DNA from: a virus
Taxonomy: Duplodnaviria; Caudoviricetes
Reading direction: 5' to 3' (one strand)
DNA length: 52,412 nucleotides
Virus record (IMG/VR): IMGVR_UViG_3300033145_001015
Span: 1-52,412 of that record
Shown: positions 26,229 to 34,868 of the stretch, in pieces
Position numbering within the stretch: the first letter of the stretch is position 1
Layout: each line of letters starts with the position of its first letter
Translations under genes and position numbers: made by a program
The notes under the pieces: model-generated
Database searches by the model: none
Told to the model about the DNA's origin: nothing
What the model saw: the letters and a program-made list of their open reading frames with translations, nothing else

Positions 26229-27959
26229 CTATTCGCCACTATCCGCAAGAAGCTCTTGCATCATATCCGCCGTACCCGTCGGCTCAGGTTGAGGAATCCC
26301 CCCAGCTTCGTCTGCACCAGAAGCAGGAGCACCAGTCGGAGCGACACCAGCGGGGGCACCTTGCTGGCCAGTATAATCGTCCATGAAGGTGACATACCGT
26401 CCAGCCTCAGGCATATCTGAATACTTCACCACGTCGTCTAAGATCGCCTCAACATCAATTGAACCGCTCTGCTGCTGGATGAATGGGGATAATGGCGTAA
26501 TGAATCGCTCAACTATCAACCCCAACTTCTGCAACTTCGTGGCGGGAGAATCATCCTGGCATGAATACACATCAATTTCAAGATCATAGAGATCGAATTC
26601 CCCCTGTTTTGATTCTTGATTCCATTTTACCGGAACTGAGACGCCCATTCCGGGGACTTTCTTTTCGAGATCACGCTGTTTCAGTGGGTCGCGCCACTCA
26701 TACCACGCCAATGCGTAAAAGACCTCTTTGATTGCATCAATTGTTTTGTCGGCCATGTCGCGCAATTGCGCACTCGCTGCCTCCCCTAACAACTTATCCT
26801 GGCCGACAGTCTGTGTCATTGGAGCAAGGCCACCGAGGCTATCGAGATTTCCTGCAAAATATGACGATAATTCGCGCGTTTGCAGGAAAAATGCGAGCGT
26901 CTTTGAATCAACACCACCCGCAGTAAGCGGCTCCGGCTTAGCGCCGGAATATGCAATCCCGTCGCCATCCTTCGCATTCTTAAACGCAATAACACCAGCA
27001 TCATCTCCGCCGGGAAACCCTTGGACAGTCTTTTGTGCATCGGCCTGATTGCCGAGTTTGCGGAACAAACCATTAGCAAGTTCATTGAGATCATACCAAA
27101 TTGACACCGGCGGCAGCGGAAGTAAATTACCGGGAACATCTGAATACCCAAGCCAAACATAAGGCCCGTTTTTCGGCCCTTCCCACTCAACTACATTCAG
27201 CAATTTCTTGCTTGTAACCCCATAAGTAACGAGCAGTTTCTCCCCCGGCAGCCACACATCACGCATGTGAATACGATCCTTGAAAACTTCCGGCGTACTT
27301 GCGTTTGCGATGCTCTCTGCTCGTATCTCGCCATCCTGGCCAAGCATTGTGTATTCATCTGGTTTCAATTTATCACGAGAGGATTTTTTCACCCAATCCA
27401 TTTCCATTACATCATCGTAATCCATCCAATAATCGTTCCCTTCGTATTGAATGGTGTTACGACTCCCGGTGGACATATCGCAAAAGTAATCATCGAGCGT
27501 TACGTTATCGACAAACATTTCGCCATAATTATGCCCCAAAATTTGTTCGTTGTCGCTAAGGCCAATTTTCAAAATTCCAACCGAAAATAAAGCCTCCATC
27601 ACAAAGATTCTCAATGTCCGGCTAAGCCCTATTTCATTTGGAATCTGATTCAATGCAAGCTCAAAATTAGCCGCGGTTGAGCGCAACTCATCCCGCTTGG
27701 TCGTGATTAACACACGGGGAGTATGCGCCGCAAGTTGCCTAACATAAATCTCAACTGCCAATTTCGAGATATTAACTGGCATAATTTTTTCGCTACCACT
27801 CTCCATATAACGCGAGCCGCAAAATTGCTTAATCGCCTCGACGCGCTTGCGCCGCGAAAACTCAAATTGTTTCTGACTCCAATCTATACTTTTTTGCAAT
27901 TTACTAAATTGCTTTTCGCTTAACGGATTGACACCACCACCATAAAGTTGATCTGCCAT
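26229..27959 (-). CDS. Portal protein
   Basis: ~576 aa between TerL and scaffold; helical; start re-called at ATG 27959 (TAATG overlap). Confidence 0.8.
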   Translation of the reverse strand: MADQLYGGGVNPLSEKQFSKLQKSIDWSQKQFEFSRRKRVEAIKQFCGSRYMESGSEKIMPVNISKLAVEIYVRQLAAHTPRVLITTKRDELRSTAANFELALNQIPNEIGLSRTLRIFVMEALFSVGILKIGLSDNEQILGHNYGEMFVDNVTLDDYFCDMSTGSRNTIQYEGNDYWMDYDDVMEMDWVKKSSRDKLKPDEYTMLGQDGEIRAESIANASTPEVFKDRIHMRDVWLPGEKLLVTYGVTSKKLLNVVEWEGPKNGPYVWLGYSDVPGNLLPLPPVSIWYDLNELANGLFRKLGNQADAQKTVQGFPGGDDAGVIAFKNAKDGDGIAYSGAKPEPLTAGGVDSKTLAFFLQTRELSSYFAGNLDSLGGLAPMTQTVGQDKLLGEAASAQLRDMADKTIDAIKEVFYALAWYEWRDPLKQRDLEKKVPGMGVSVPVKWNQESKQGEFDLYDLEIDVYSCQDDSPATKLQKLGLIVERFITPLSPFIQQQSGSIDVEAILDDVVKYSDMPEAGRYVTFMDDYTGQQGAPAGVAPTGAPASGADEAGGIPQPEPTGTADMMQELLADSGE

Positions 27960-28501
27960 TATTTCACCCACTCCGCTTGTTTGTAATCCAGGAGTTGCTG
28001 AATTTTTAATTCGCTATCTTCCAGCAAGCCAAGTGCCTGGTTACACTGACCGCAAAGGAAACCGCGAAATTCCCCAGTTTCATGGTTATGATCCGCGTGC
28101 AATTTACGTTTGCCCTCGGGCCTTCCGCATGACTTACAAAAACCAGTATACGATTCAATTAACTGTTGCTTAGTTGCATTACATGGAGCATGTCCATTCC
28201 TTCGAGCTTCGTATTTCATACTCGAAAGAACAGAGGCAAATCTATCTCGTTTATATTGCTCCCTCCCTAAATCTCGCTTCCTTACTAGATTCCTTTTTCT
28301 CCACGCTGAATTCGAGGATAATTCACGAGATTTTGATACTGCCAGATAGTACCCCCTACGATAAACACTTTGGCATTCCTTGCAACGAGCCACACGGGAG
28401 GCAGTTCCGTCTTTATTTTTCTTTCCGGCGAAATAGAATAAATTAATATCCTTTTCTTTGCCGCACTTATTGCAAATTTTAGTTTTTGTTATGCTATCCA
28501 T
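27959..28501 (-). CDS. EndoVII-type endonuclease (putative homing endonuclease) between terL and portal
   Basis: KICNKCGKEK finger; DHNHETGEFRGFLCGQCNQALG. Confidence 0.88.
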   Translation of the reverse strand: MDSITKTKICNKCGKEKDINLFYFAGKKNKDGTASRVARCKECQSVYRRGYYLAVSKSRELSSNSAWRKRNLVRKRDLGREQYKRDRFASVLSSMKYEARRNGHAPCNATKQQLIESYTGFCKSCGRPEGKRKLHADHNHETGEFRGFLCGQCNQALGLLEDSELKIQQLLDYKQAEWVK

Positions 28502-30351
28502 TCAGAACTCAATTCTCTATTAGATGATCGCTTGTCATTTTCCTTTTGTATCATTCTCCACTTCAAACAACCCGGCGGAATTTCCGGCTTGTCGCGCACT
28601 GATTTTTGAATACGCTCCGACATCCCCTTAGACGCCAAGGCATCTGCCATACAGCGATCCCCGTGGTTACTCTTTGCTCCTGATGGATCATTTTTACTCG
28701 CAGAACGTGAATGTGCTATACTTCCATCTGGTGTAAAAATATACTCAAGTGTCTCCTCTACGGCAACCTTTGAGCGATTTACGCATTTCCCGCCTTCAAG
28801 CATTGCCCGGTAATGCCCCATCAACACCAACTTTATCTCGCGGTTCATGGCAACCCCGGGCATATCAGATACACGCCCGGAAATTGAAGCATCATTTTTC
28901 CTGTAGTAAATGTTTGAGTATTTCAATTCTCGTACACGCGATCCGAATTGGCCCCCGGGACCACCCGACTCCCAAATAAGAAATGACCCCCCTAGCCATT
29001 TAGCTAACGCCACAACTAAAATGGCAAACTGCTCGGGGCGCATATTTGGATTAGCATATTCAAGTATTTTTTCTTGAGTTAAAGCATTCCAACCAGAGGC
29101 GCATGAATTCGATGCACCACTTCCCGCGGATATATCGTTTCCGATAACTGTTCGACAATCAATTGATGGCTTGCCATTCCTATCAAGCAAAAACCATAAT
29201 TTCAAATTTCCATTTTCGTCCTCACGAAAACGCAACGGATCACCAGTTGTTTCGTCGTATTCCAGTTCGCCAATTAGGAATGGCGGACGTGCATGTTTCC
29301 TTATCGCCTCGTTGACAGCATCAACATTGAAATACAAATACCCAGACCCGAGATAATCAATATCAACTTCTTGCGCAATTTCCTGAGCACTTCCAGCGCG
29401 ATTGCATTGCTCCGCATACCAAGGAGAACGAACTTTATCATCGGGAAGCGGCACGCCCCGACGAAGAATAGCGGAATCAAATTTCTGCATCTCCTCTTCG
29501 GGATTTTCTATTGTCGCCCAATAAACTTCATCTATCGGAGTAAAAATACCATCTTTTCTGGAATACAAGCCGATTGCTTTGATAGGGTGAACTGACCAAT
29601 GAAGGCGAAGTTTTTTAATATCGGTTTGCCGAATACTATAAAATGCATTGTTCACGCCCTTCGGAGTCGAGTTAAATAGGCGGCACGGGGTTGCAGGCAT
29701 AGTAGCTTCGAGCACCTGATTGCCGAATTTACAATCTGCAAACTCATCAAGTAATATCGCGGATCGCCTATCACCACGAGCAAAACTTTCAGTTGTCGCT
29801 TCTCCATCCATCACTGAATCCCTTTCGGGATTTTCTATATGCGATTTGGTTCTGTGAACACCTTTATTGAAACCCTTCGGAAGAAGCCATCTTGGCAAAC
29901 CGTCGATCATGTAATCGAGTCTCTGAAATATAGCTTTCGGATTACCGGACTTGTCAACGTATTCATCGGTTCGCGAACCAAGCAGGAAATCCCTTCCGCC
30001 ACGAAACATCCAGCACCAGAAAATTGAAGCCACCGTTATCCAAGATGCACCCATATCACGACTTTTCTCTATAAGCAAATCGTGACTATTGATCGCACGT
30101 AGTATTTCGACTACTGCCTCTTCCTGAAATGGATACAATATAAATGGCAGCTTCGAGAATGGCTCGCGTCGAGTATCACGTGTGTACACAAACCCATTGA
30201 TGAAAAATAGCGGATCACGGGAGCAGGCATCAATAATGACATCAGCATACGCTGGATTTTCAATGACACGACGAAACACAGAAGCACGCCAACGAAGATT
30301 GGCGCGCACTTCTTTAGGAACCCTATTATTAAAGGGACAGGAAATCCTCAT
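28489..30351 (-). CDS. terL: Terminase large subunit
   Basis: LYPFQ adenine-binding motif, KSRDMGASW Walker A, ILLDEFA Walker B, STPKG motif III, nuclease GNDIS and HGDRCMA; start at ATGA overlap 30351. Confidence 0.93.
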   Translation of the reverse strand: MRISCPFNNRVPKEVRANLRWRASVFRRVIENPAYADVIIDACSRDPLFFINGFVYTRDTRREPFSKLPFILYPFQEEAVVEILRAINSHDLLIEKSRDMGASWITVASIFWCWMFRGGRDFLLGSRTDEYVDKSGNPKAIFQRLDYMIDGLPRWLLPKGFNKGVHRTKSHIENPERDSVMDGEATTESFARGDRRSAILLDEFADCKFGNQVLEATMPATPCRLFNSTPKGVNNAFYSIRQTDIKKLRLHWSVHPIKAIGLYSRKDGIFTPIDEVYWATIENPEEEMQKFDSAILRRGVPLPDDKVRSPWYAEQCNRAGSAQEIAQEVDIDYLGSGYLYFNVDAVNEAIRKHARPPFLIGELEYDETTGDPLRFREDENGNLKLWFLLDRNGKPSIDCRTVIGNDISAGSGASNSCASGWNALTQEKILEYANPNMRPEQFAILVVALAKWLGGSFLIWESGGPGGQFGSRVRELKYSNIYYRKNDASISGRVSDMPGVAMNREIKLVLMGHYRAMLEGGKCVNRSKVAVEETLEYIFTPDGSIAHSRSASKNDPSGAKSNHGDRCMADALASKGMSERIQKSVRDKPEIPPGCLKWRMIQKENDKRSSNRELSSEWIA

Positions 30352-30641
30352 GCCGCGGCTTCCATGCACTTGTCATTACAGAAAATCAACACTTTATCGG
30401 TTGGCCTGCTATTACGATGGTCGCCTGGCACGAGAGCACTGAGACCCTCTGCTCGCGCTCTAAGAGCAGACCAATTGTTTCTTCCGTAAGTATGCCTAAA
30501 CGGTTGATTTGTTTCCGGGTTATCAATACCCTCGCGAACAATAGGGAATAACTTACCACAATAATCGCAACGAGCCACTATTTCAATTGACCGGCTTTTC
30601 TTTTTCTTCGGAGCACGTTTTGTATATCTTTGTTTTGCCAT
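30348..30641 (-). CDS. Hypothetical zinc-binding protein
   Basis: CDYC...FCNDKC (TRASH-like); basic N-terminus. Confidence 0.55.
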   Translation of the reverse strand: MAKQRYTKRAPKKKKSRSIEIVARCDYCGKLFPIVREGIDNPETNQPFRHTYGRNNWSALRARAEGLSALVPGDHRNSRPTDKVLIFCNDKCMEAAA

Positions 30642-30819
30642 CGTATTCCTCCTCGCATTCCCTGGAGCAGAAAAACCTGTAACTCGACCCGGTAAGCGTT
30701 ACTACGCTGATGGCCCATAGCCCGTGTAGCCTCGCCCTCATTGCAGACTCCGCGGTACGGTCACATTTTAACCCAAGCGGATTATCGCAAAAATCACAAT
30801 GAGTTGTCGTCTCTCTCAT
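30583..30819 (-). CDS. Hypothetical zinc-binding protein
   Basis: CDFC...FFCSREC (TRASH-like). Confidence 0.55.
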   Translation of the reverse strand: MRETTTHCDFCDNPLGLKCDRTAESAMRARLHGLWAISVVTLTGSSYRFFCSRECEEEYDGKTKIYKTCSEEKEKPVN

Positions 30820-31405
30820 TGTCGTCCCCTTCTAAGACGGCTAACATCGAATCAATTTCAGCTATGGACCGCCGCCCAGACTTGCGGGCATTCTTAACAT
30901 CTTCAGATTCACCAGCACCTTTTGATTCCACTTGTCCAACTTTACCGAGGAAATCCTTTGGCTCTGCCCGCGCCTGCTCATACAGATACCATGCGGCATC
31001 ACACGGACATTCAATTGGTTGTTCTCCAGTGCGCAGAAAGGCCCCCGCTGCGGTAATAGCCCACTGGAGGCTCTGGCGGTAAGTTAATTTTTCGTTTTTA
31101 CATACAACTACTTTTCCGTTATCGGAATTTCCGCCAGACGTGGCAGGATGCGAGTCCGGGTTCGGATCGAAAGTTGATAGATCATATTCTCGAAATAAGC
31201 GGGCGAGGCAGGGGTAATCCTTAGAGGCTTGCACGACAGCCTGCGGATGGGTATACCCAGCATTCGCAACATCGACAAGCTCATTGACTCTTGCTTTCCA
31301 GGCATCATAGCTCTTTTTCTCCTTGCCAGGTTCCTGTCGCCATAGCGTTGACTTGACGCGCTTCTCGAACTCAACAATGTTTCGGTTGGTTTTCGGTTTG
31401 GCCAT
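30794..31405 (-). CDS. Putative terminase small subunit
   Basis: Upstream of terL; helical; start re-called at ATG 31405 (MAKPK), coupled by TAATG to the preceding small gene. Confidence 0.5.
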   Translation of the reverse strand: MAKPKTNRNIVEFEKRVKSTLWRQEPGKEKKSYDAWKARVNELVDVANAGYTHPQAVVQASKDYPCLARLFREYDLSTFDPNPDSHPATSGGNSDNGKVVVCKNEKLTYRQSLQWAITAAGAFLRTGEQPIECPCDAAWYLYEQARAEPKDFLGKVGQVESKGAGESEDVKNARKSGRRSIAEIDSMLAVLEGDDNERDDNSL

Positions 31406-31536
31406 TATTTTGAGCACTTCCTCTTGGGAGAAACCTTTTTCACTGGCTTGCTCCCGTATTTCCTTGCCCATTTCATAGCAAGTTTTGGATGTTTCATCCA
31501 AAGAAAGCGACGTTGTTTTTCAGAACGAAAAGGGAT
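31405..31536 (-). CDS. Small basic phage protein (MPFxSEKQRR-type) with ATC start codon
   Basis: (M)PFRSEKQRRFLWMKHPKLAMKWARKYG...; AGGAG SD 9 nt before ATC; in-frame TAG just upstream; stop overlaps the next ATG. Confidence 0.7.
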   Translation of the reverse strand: MPFRSEKQRRFLWMKHPKLAMKWARKYGSKPVKKVSPKRKCSK

Positions 31537-31556
31537 TGTAGTGTACTCCTATATCA

Positions 31557-31718
31557 TTACATTAGATTATTGTACCAGAAATCCCCAATATAAAATGGCC
31601 ATAGCAATGGAGAAAAAATTCCCTCTGGATATATCAAGGCCGTCCAGCTTGCAGCCAAGCAACCTCCAGCGTACATCGTAAAGCAACACTTAGTGATACG
31701 CCTCAGAAAATTTCCCAT
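31557..31718 (-). CDS. Small hydrophobic hypothetical protein (53 aa)
   Basis: MGNFLRRITKCC...LLWPFYIGDFWYNNLM, directly after the promoter at 31739-31767; read manually, below the ORF-track cutoff. Confidence 0.5.
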   Translation of the reverse strand: MGNFLRRITKCCFTMYAGGCLAASWTALIYPEGIFSPLLWPFYIGDFWYNNLM

Positions 31719-31738
31719 AGAACTTTCCCCATTATGTC

Positions 31739-31767
31739 ATTATACCTAAAATTACACAAAAAGTCAA
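31739..31767 (-). promoter_or_regulatory. Sigma70-type promoter for the packaging operon
   Basis: TTGACT-17 bp-TATAAT. Confidence 0.75.
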
Positions 31768-31772
31768 CTCGG

Positions 31773-32030
31773 CTATCCTGGCATTTGCTCGTGGTGCTTG
31801 CACGTCTTTATCATGCGCTCACGAAATTCCAGCGCCCTGTAAGCAGTTTGCGACCGTATTTCAGTAGTTAAGCCGCGGTATGACTTTGCCCCGGTACATT
31901 GACCGGACGCAATAAGCTCATCCCATGTGGCAGTACCACGTTGCACTCGCTTTCCGAGGCGATGGTAACATGTCTTGCATAGCCCCCTGGCAACAGTTTT
32001 CCTGTGGCAACCTTTGGTTATGCAAATCAT
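31773..32030 (-). CDS. Zinc-finger protein (C-x4-C...RGLC-x2-CY)
   Basis: CITKGC...ARGLCKTCY...TWDELIASG. Confidence 0.7.
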   Translation of the reverse strand: MICITKGCHRKTVARGLCKTCYHRLGKRVQRGTATWDELIASGQCTGAKSYRGLTTEIRSQTAYRALEFRERMIKTCKHHEQMPG

Positions 32031-32254
32031 TATGCCATCTCCTTATTTTCTGAATTTGGAAATGCCTCCTTGAGAGCTGTTGCAAATACTCCACCCTGGC
32101 AAGAGTGCGTTGCTTCTTTGGCAAGCCCTACTTCAATAAGCTCTTTCCATGTTACCCTTTTCTGCTTAACTCTCTTATTAGCAAGTTGATAACAATTCGT
32201 ACACATCCCACGACACATACCTTCACGTTCACAACCAGGAATCAAACACTTCAT
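32030..32254 (-). CDS. Zinc-finger protein, paralogue of 31773-32030
   Basis: CLIPGC...CRGMCTNCY...TWKELIEVG; AGGAG SD; TAATG coupling. Confidence 0.7.
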   Translation of the reverse strand: MKCLIPGCEREGMCRGMCTNCYQLANKRVKQKRVTWKELIEVGLAKEATHSCQGGVFATALKEAFPNSENKEMA

Positions 32255-32294
32255 TTCTTTCTCCTACTAAGGTAATTAGAAATCGACTGTCTTT

Positions 32295-32323
32295 ATTATA
32301 CCCTGAAATTTCTTTTATGTCAA
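32295..32323 (-). promoter_or_regulatory. Perfect sigma70 consensus promoter
   Basis: TTGACA-17 bp-TATAAT. Confidence 0.8.
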
Positions 32324-32546
32324 GCAAAAAATATCCTCACTGGAGTATTATACCCGATACGCCTGTAATAACTACATTTCACGCCCGAGGCAACTTGTAA
32401 GGATTTCTTACGAGTTGCCGGGTGGGATGATACACAACCCAAGAGTATGGTACACTGGCGCAGATACCTGTATACCATTTTGTTGGCCTCAACGAAATGG
32501 TATCGGCAAAAGAGGGGCGAGGGGTATGCGCCCTAAAGGTAGTAAT

Positions 32547-32940
32547 GTCCGCATGCAGAAAAGGGGTTGCATGCGGACAACATGCGGACAACATGCGGAC
32601 AGAACTTTTCCACCACTTAAGAGGGGAAAAATATCTAATGGTAGTAGGTCATCTAGTATAAATGAGGTACTGGTACTTCTTAGGTGGTATGAAAAGTTTT
32701 GTCCGCATGCAGTCCGCATGCAATACGGACTTGCATGCGGACAAAAACAAAAAAAAGGACACCCCCTCCTCCTTAAGTGTATAATATATATAGGTTTATG
32801 TATACTAGGGTACCCTTCTCTTATGGTTCCCCCCTTTTGGCTTTTCGTGTTTTCGGCAATTCACGATTTTCTGAGCTTTAGAGAGATTGTCTCCTTATTT
32901 CCGGCTAAGAGGGGTGTTGGTGTTTTTTCTGCATGCGGAC
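32547..32940. repeat. Iteron-like array (CATGCGGAC, both orientations); putative replication origin
   Basis: 8 perfect 9-mers: reverse at 32547, 32701, 32712; forward at 32570, 32581, 32592, 32734, 32932; AT-rich tract ~32775-32806. Confidence 0.7.
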
Positions 32941-33596
32941 AAATATGAAAGTTTATACAGCTCATAAGTAGGGTACACCCATTAGTAGGGGTGTTCTAAA
33001 AGTGGGGTATATTTTTTTCTGAATTTTTATATTTTGGAGAGGTCCGGCTATATATATATGAGAGAAGGCTGAGGTCCCCGCCGGGATTCGGGTTTCAGGC
33101 ATTTAGGGTCCCCTTAGGTAGTACGCAATGACTACATTACCCCTCATAACCCTCAAAAAACTAGCATATAGTGGCCATTAACGGGTCGTCATAGGCCACG
33201 CATGTATCATGATGATACACACTGTACCATGAGTGGTATGGACAGCGGCTTGCGTGTGCCCGTGATATGACAAGGGAAGAGTAACCCCGCCCATCATATA
33301 CCACGGGCACACTACTCATAGTGTACCCACACCACGTACACTACTACCTACAGTATGTGGATACACACACTACTACATCTAGTATGTCTTGTTATGCGGC
33401 ACACAAGATACAGCGCAGCCATGCCACACCAACCGCTCAACTACGTTGCAATTCAAGCCACGTTGACATTATATATATGTAGCACAATGTAGATTCACTC
33501 GATACTTGCATCACTCATCCCCCATAGGTAGTGCATCACACCTAATACCAGCCCTTTCGCCTCCATAGTCTGATTGTGAGTCCACCAGATTGCCCC

Positions 33597-34089
33597 GTGT
33601 TGCGTTCTGAGGGGTCAACTGGTACTCTAACACCTGCCGAATAGCAGGCCCTTAGAATGAGTTGTCAAGTTTTGCTTGACAACTCGATAGCGAGGAATTA
33701 CCGAACTAGCGTTCGCCAATGAACTGCCCCCTTAGGGCACAACGAATCATAATACAATCCATTGTAATAGATAACCTTGTGTAAGCCAAAATCATCGGTA
33801 TCCTCTAGGGCGTCCACCCAATACGCTTCCGCTCCCGGCATTTGCCTAGCAACCTCCTCGGCGAACTCTTCACATTCTCCGTGGTTAATAGACTCCGCAT
33901 CAGTAGCCCAGCCTTCGGTAATGAATTGAGTTACCGTATCGAGAATTACATCTGAGATATTCACGGCATACTCCCCCATTGGTAGTGTGTTCTCGCCTGA
34001 TACTCAGTTATCTGCCATAATGGCAGCCACCACGTCATCTGTGTTGCGTTCCGACTGACTGACTGGTATTCCAACACCTACCGAAAAGC
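33597..34089. repeat. 49-bp imperfect direct repeat (33597-33645 and 34041-34089)
   Basis: Ungapped manual alignment, 38/49 identical. Confidence 0.75.
33698..33979 (-). CDS. Hypothetical acidic protein, possible Cys-His-Asp papain/transglutaminase-like fold
   Basis: INHGECEEFA...HKVIYYNGLYYDS; true start may be GTG 33964 after GGGGAG. Confidence 0.55.
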   Translation of the reverse strand: MGEYAVNISDVILDTVTQFITEGWATDAESINHGECEEFAEEVARQMPGAEAYWVDALEDTDDFGLHKVIYYNGLYYDSLCPKGAVHWRTLVR

Positions 34090-34174
34090 CCATTACTCTT
34101 TCGCTACTTTTCCAGTCAACCGCAGAATAATCTCACGGGCTTTACTCTTGCTTAGCCCACCTAAATACAACACC

Positions 34175-34345
34175 CTAATACCCAAACGGTGCGGCATATT
34201 GCAACTGGCAATTATGCTTTTTAGCGTAGGCAATGATACCGTCGAGCGTCTTGGTCCACAATACATTCTCTGGTTTACCGTCACGGTAAAACCACGCTTC
34301 GTAGCGACTGCCTGCCCGCTCATAGAATAATGTCTCACGTTTCAT
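34175..34345 (-). CDS. Hypothetical protein
   Basis: ATG 34345 after AAGGGTGA and the promoter at 34371-34398. Confidence 0.5.
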   Translation of the reverse strand: MKRETLFYERAGSRYEAWFYRDGKPENVLWTKTLDGIIAYAKKHNCQLQYAAPFGY

Positions 34346-34370
34346 TGCGTCACCCTTCCCTTTTAGTTCA

Positions 34371-34398
34371 AGCCTACCACGCAAAATCTGGTTGTCAA
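34371..34398 (-). promoter_or_regulatory. Early-type promoter (16-bp spacer)
   Basis: TTGACA-16 bp-TAGGCT. Confidence 0.6.
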
Positions 34399-34408
34399 GC
34401 GGAAAACT

Positions 34409-34446
34409 AAAAAAGAATGGGGTCAGTGATTTGCATCGCTGACCCC
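34409..34446 (-). terminator. Rho-independent terminator
   Basis: GGGGTCAGCGAT-GCAA-ATCACTGACCCC then ATTCTTTTTT on the minus strand. Confidence 0.6.
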
Positions 34447-34492
34447 AGAGAGGTTGTGTGCCCAGAGTGGGCGGGCGGGCCTTATCGGTGTG

Positions 34493-34708
34493 TTATCCCT
34501 TTCGGTATCGTCTTGACTGTGTGGAACTGTACTCCGCCGGGAACCAACAGTTAAGGTTACGGGCTAGAGATTGCGGGAACTGATCCCCCGATGGGAATGG
34601 TTCGTCCGAGTAGTGATTCCAACAGGCTATGGCGGCCTCGGCACATTCCGCTAGGACTTGTGCTCTGGTCAACGCCACTAATCGCATCGGCAAAAGTTGT
34701 GCATTCAT
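34493..34708 (-). CDS. Hypothetical protein
   Basis: ATG 34708 after GAGGT; promoter at 34761-34788. Confidence 0.5.
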   Translation of the reverse strand: MNAQLLPMRLVALTRAQVLAECAEAAIACWNHYSDEPFPSGDQFPQSLARNLNCWFPAEYSSTQSRRYRKG

Positions 34709-34760
34709 TGTACTACCTCTTTCGGTGTTGAAGTTCAGTTGCTTTCCGCTCTTCAATTTA

Positions 34761-34862
34761 ATCATATCACGCAATTCGGACTTGTCAAGAGAAAATCCCA
34801 GATTTGTGGATTTCCATATTCTTGTAATTTCCGCTTGACAGTGTAATATAGTAGTGTAGGCT
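34761..34862. promoter_or_regulatory. Divergent promoter pair
   Basis: Minus: TTGACA-16-TATGAT (34788-34761); plus: TTGACA-16-TAGGCT (34835-34862); coincides with the switch in gene orientation. Confidence 0.65.
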
Positions 34863-34868
34863 TATGGT

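Noticed and set aside
27959-28501. Endonucleases as intron- or intein-encoded
   Set aside because: Flanking genes look complete and the endonuclease ORFs overlap or abut their neighbours, leaving no room for intron structure
31406-31501. N-terminal extension of the 30794-31501 ORF (MDETSK...)
   Set aside because: This stretch is better explained by the ATC-start gene in another frame, whose stop overlaps ATG 31405
32570-32602. Tandem CATGCGGACAA repeats as a CRISPR array
   Set aside because: Repeats are 9-11 bp with no unique spacers and occur in both orientations
32415-32948. 177-aa plus-strand ORF and the overlapping minus-strand ORFs
   Set aside because: They translate the iteron repeats, with no SD or protein-like features; likely spurious
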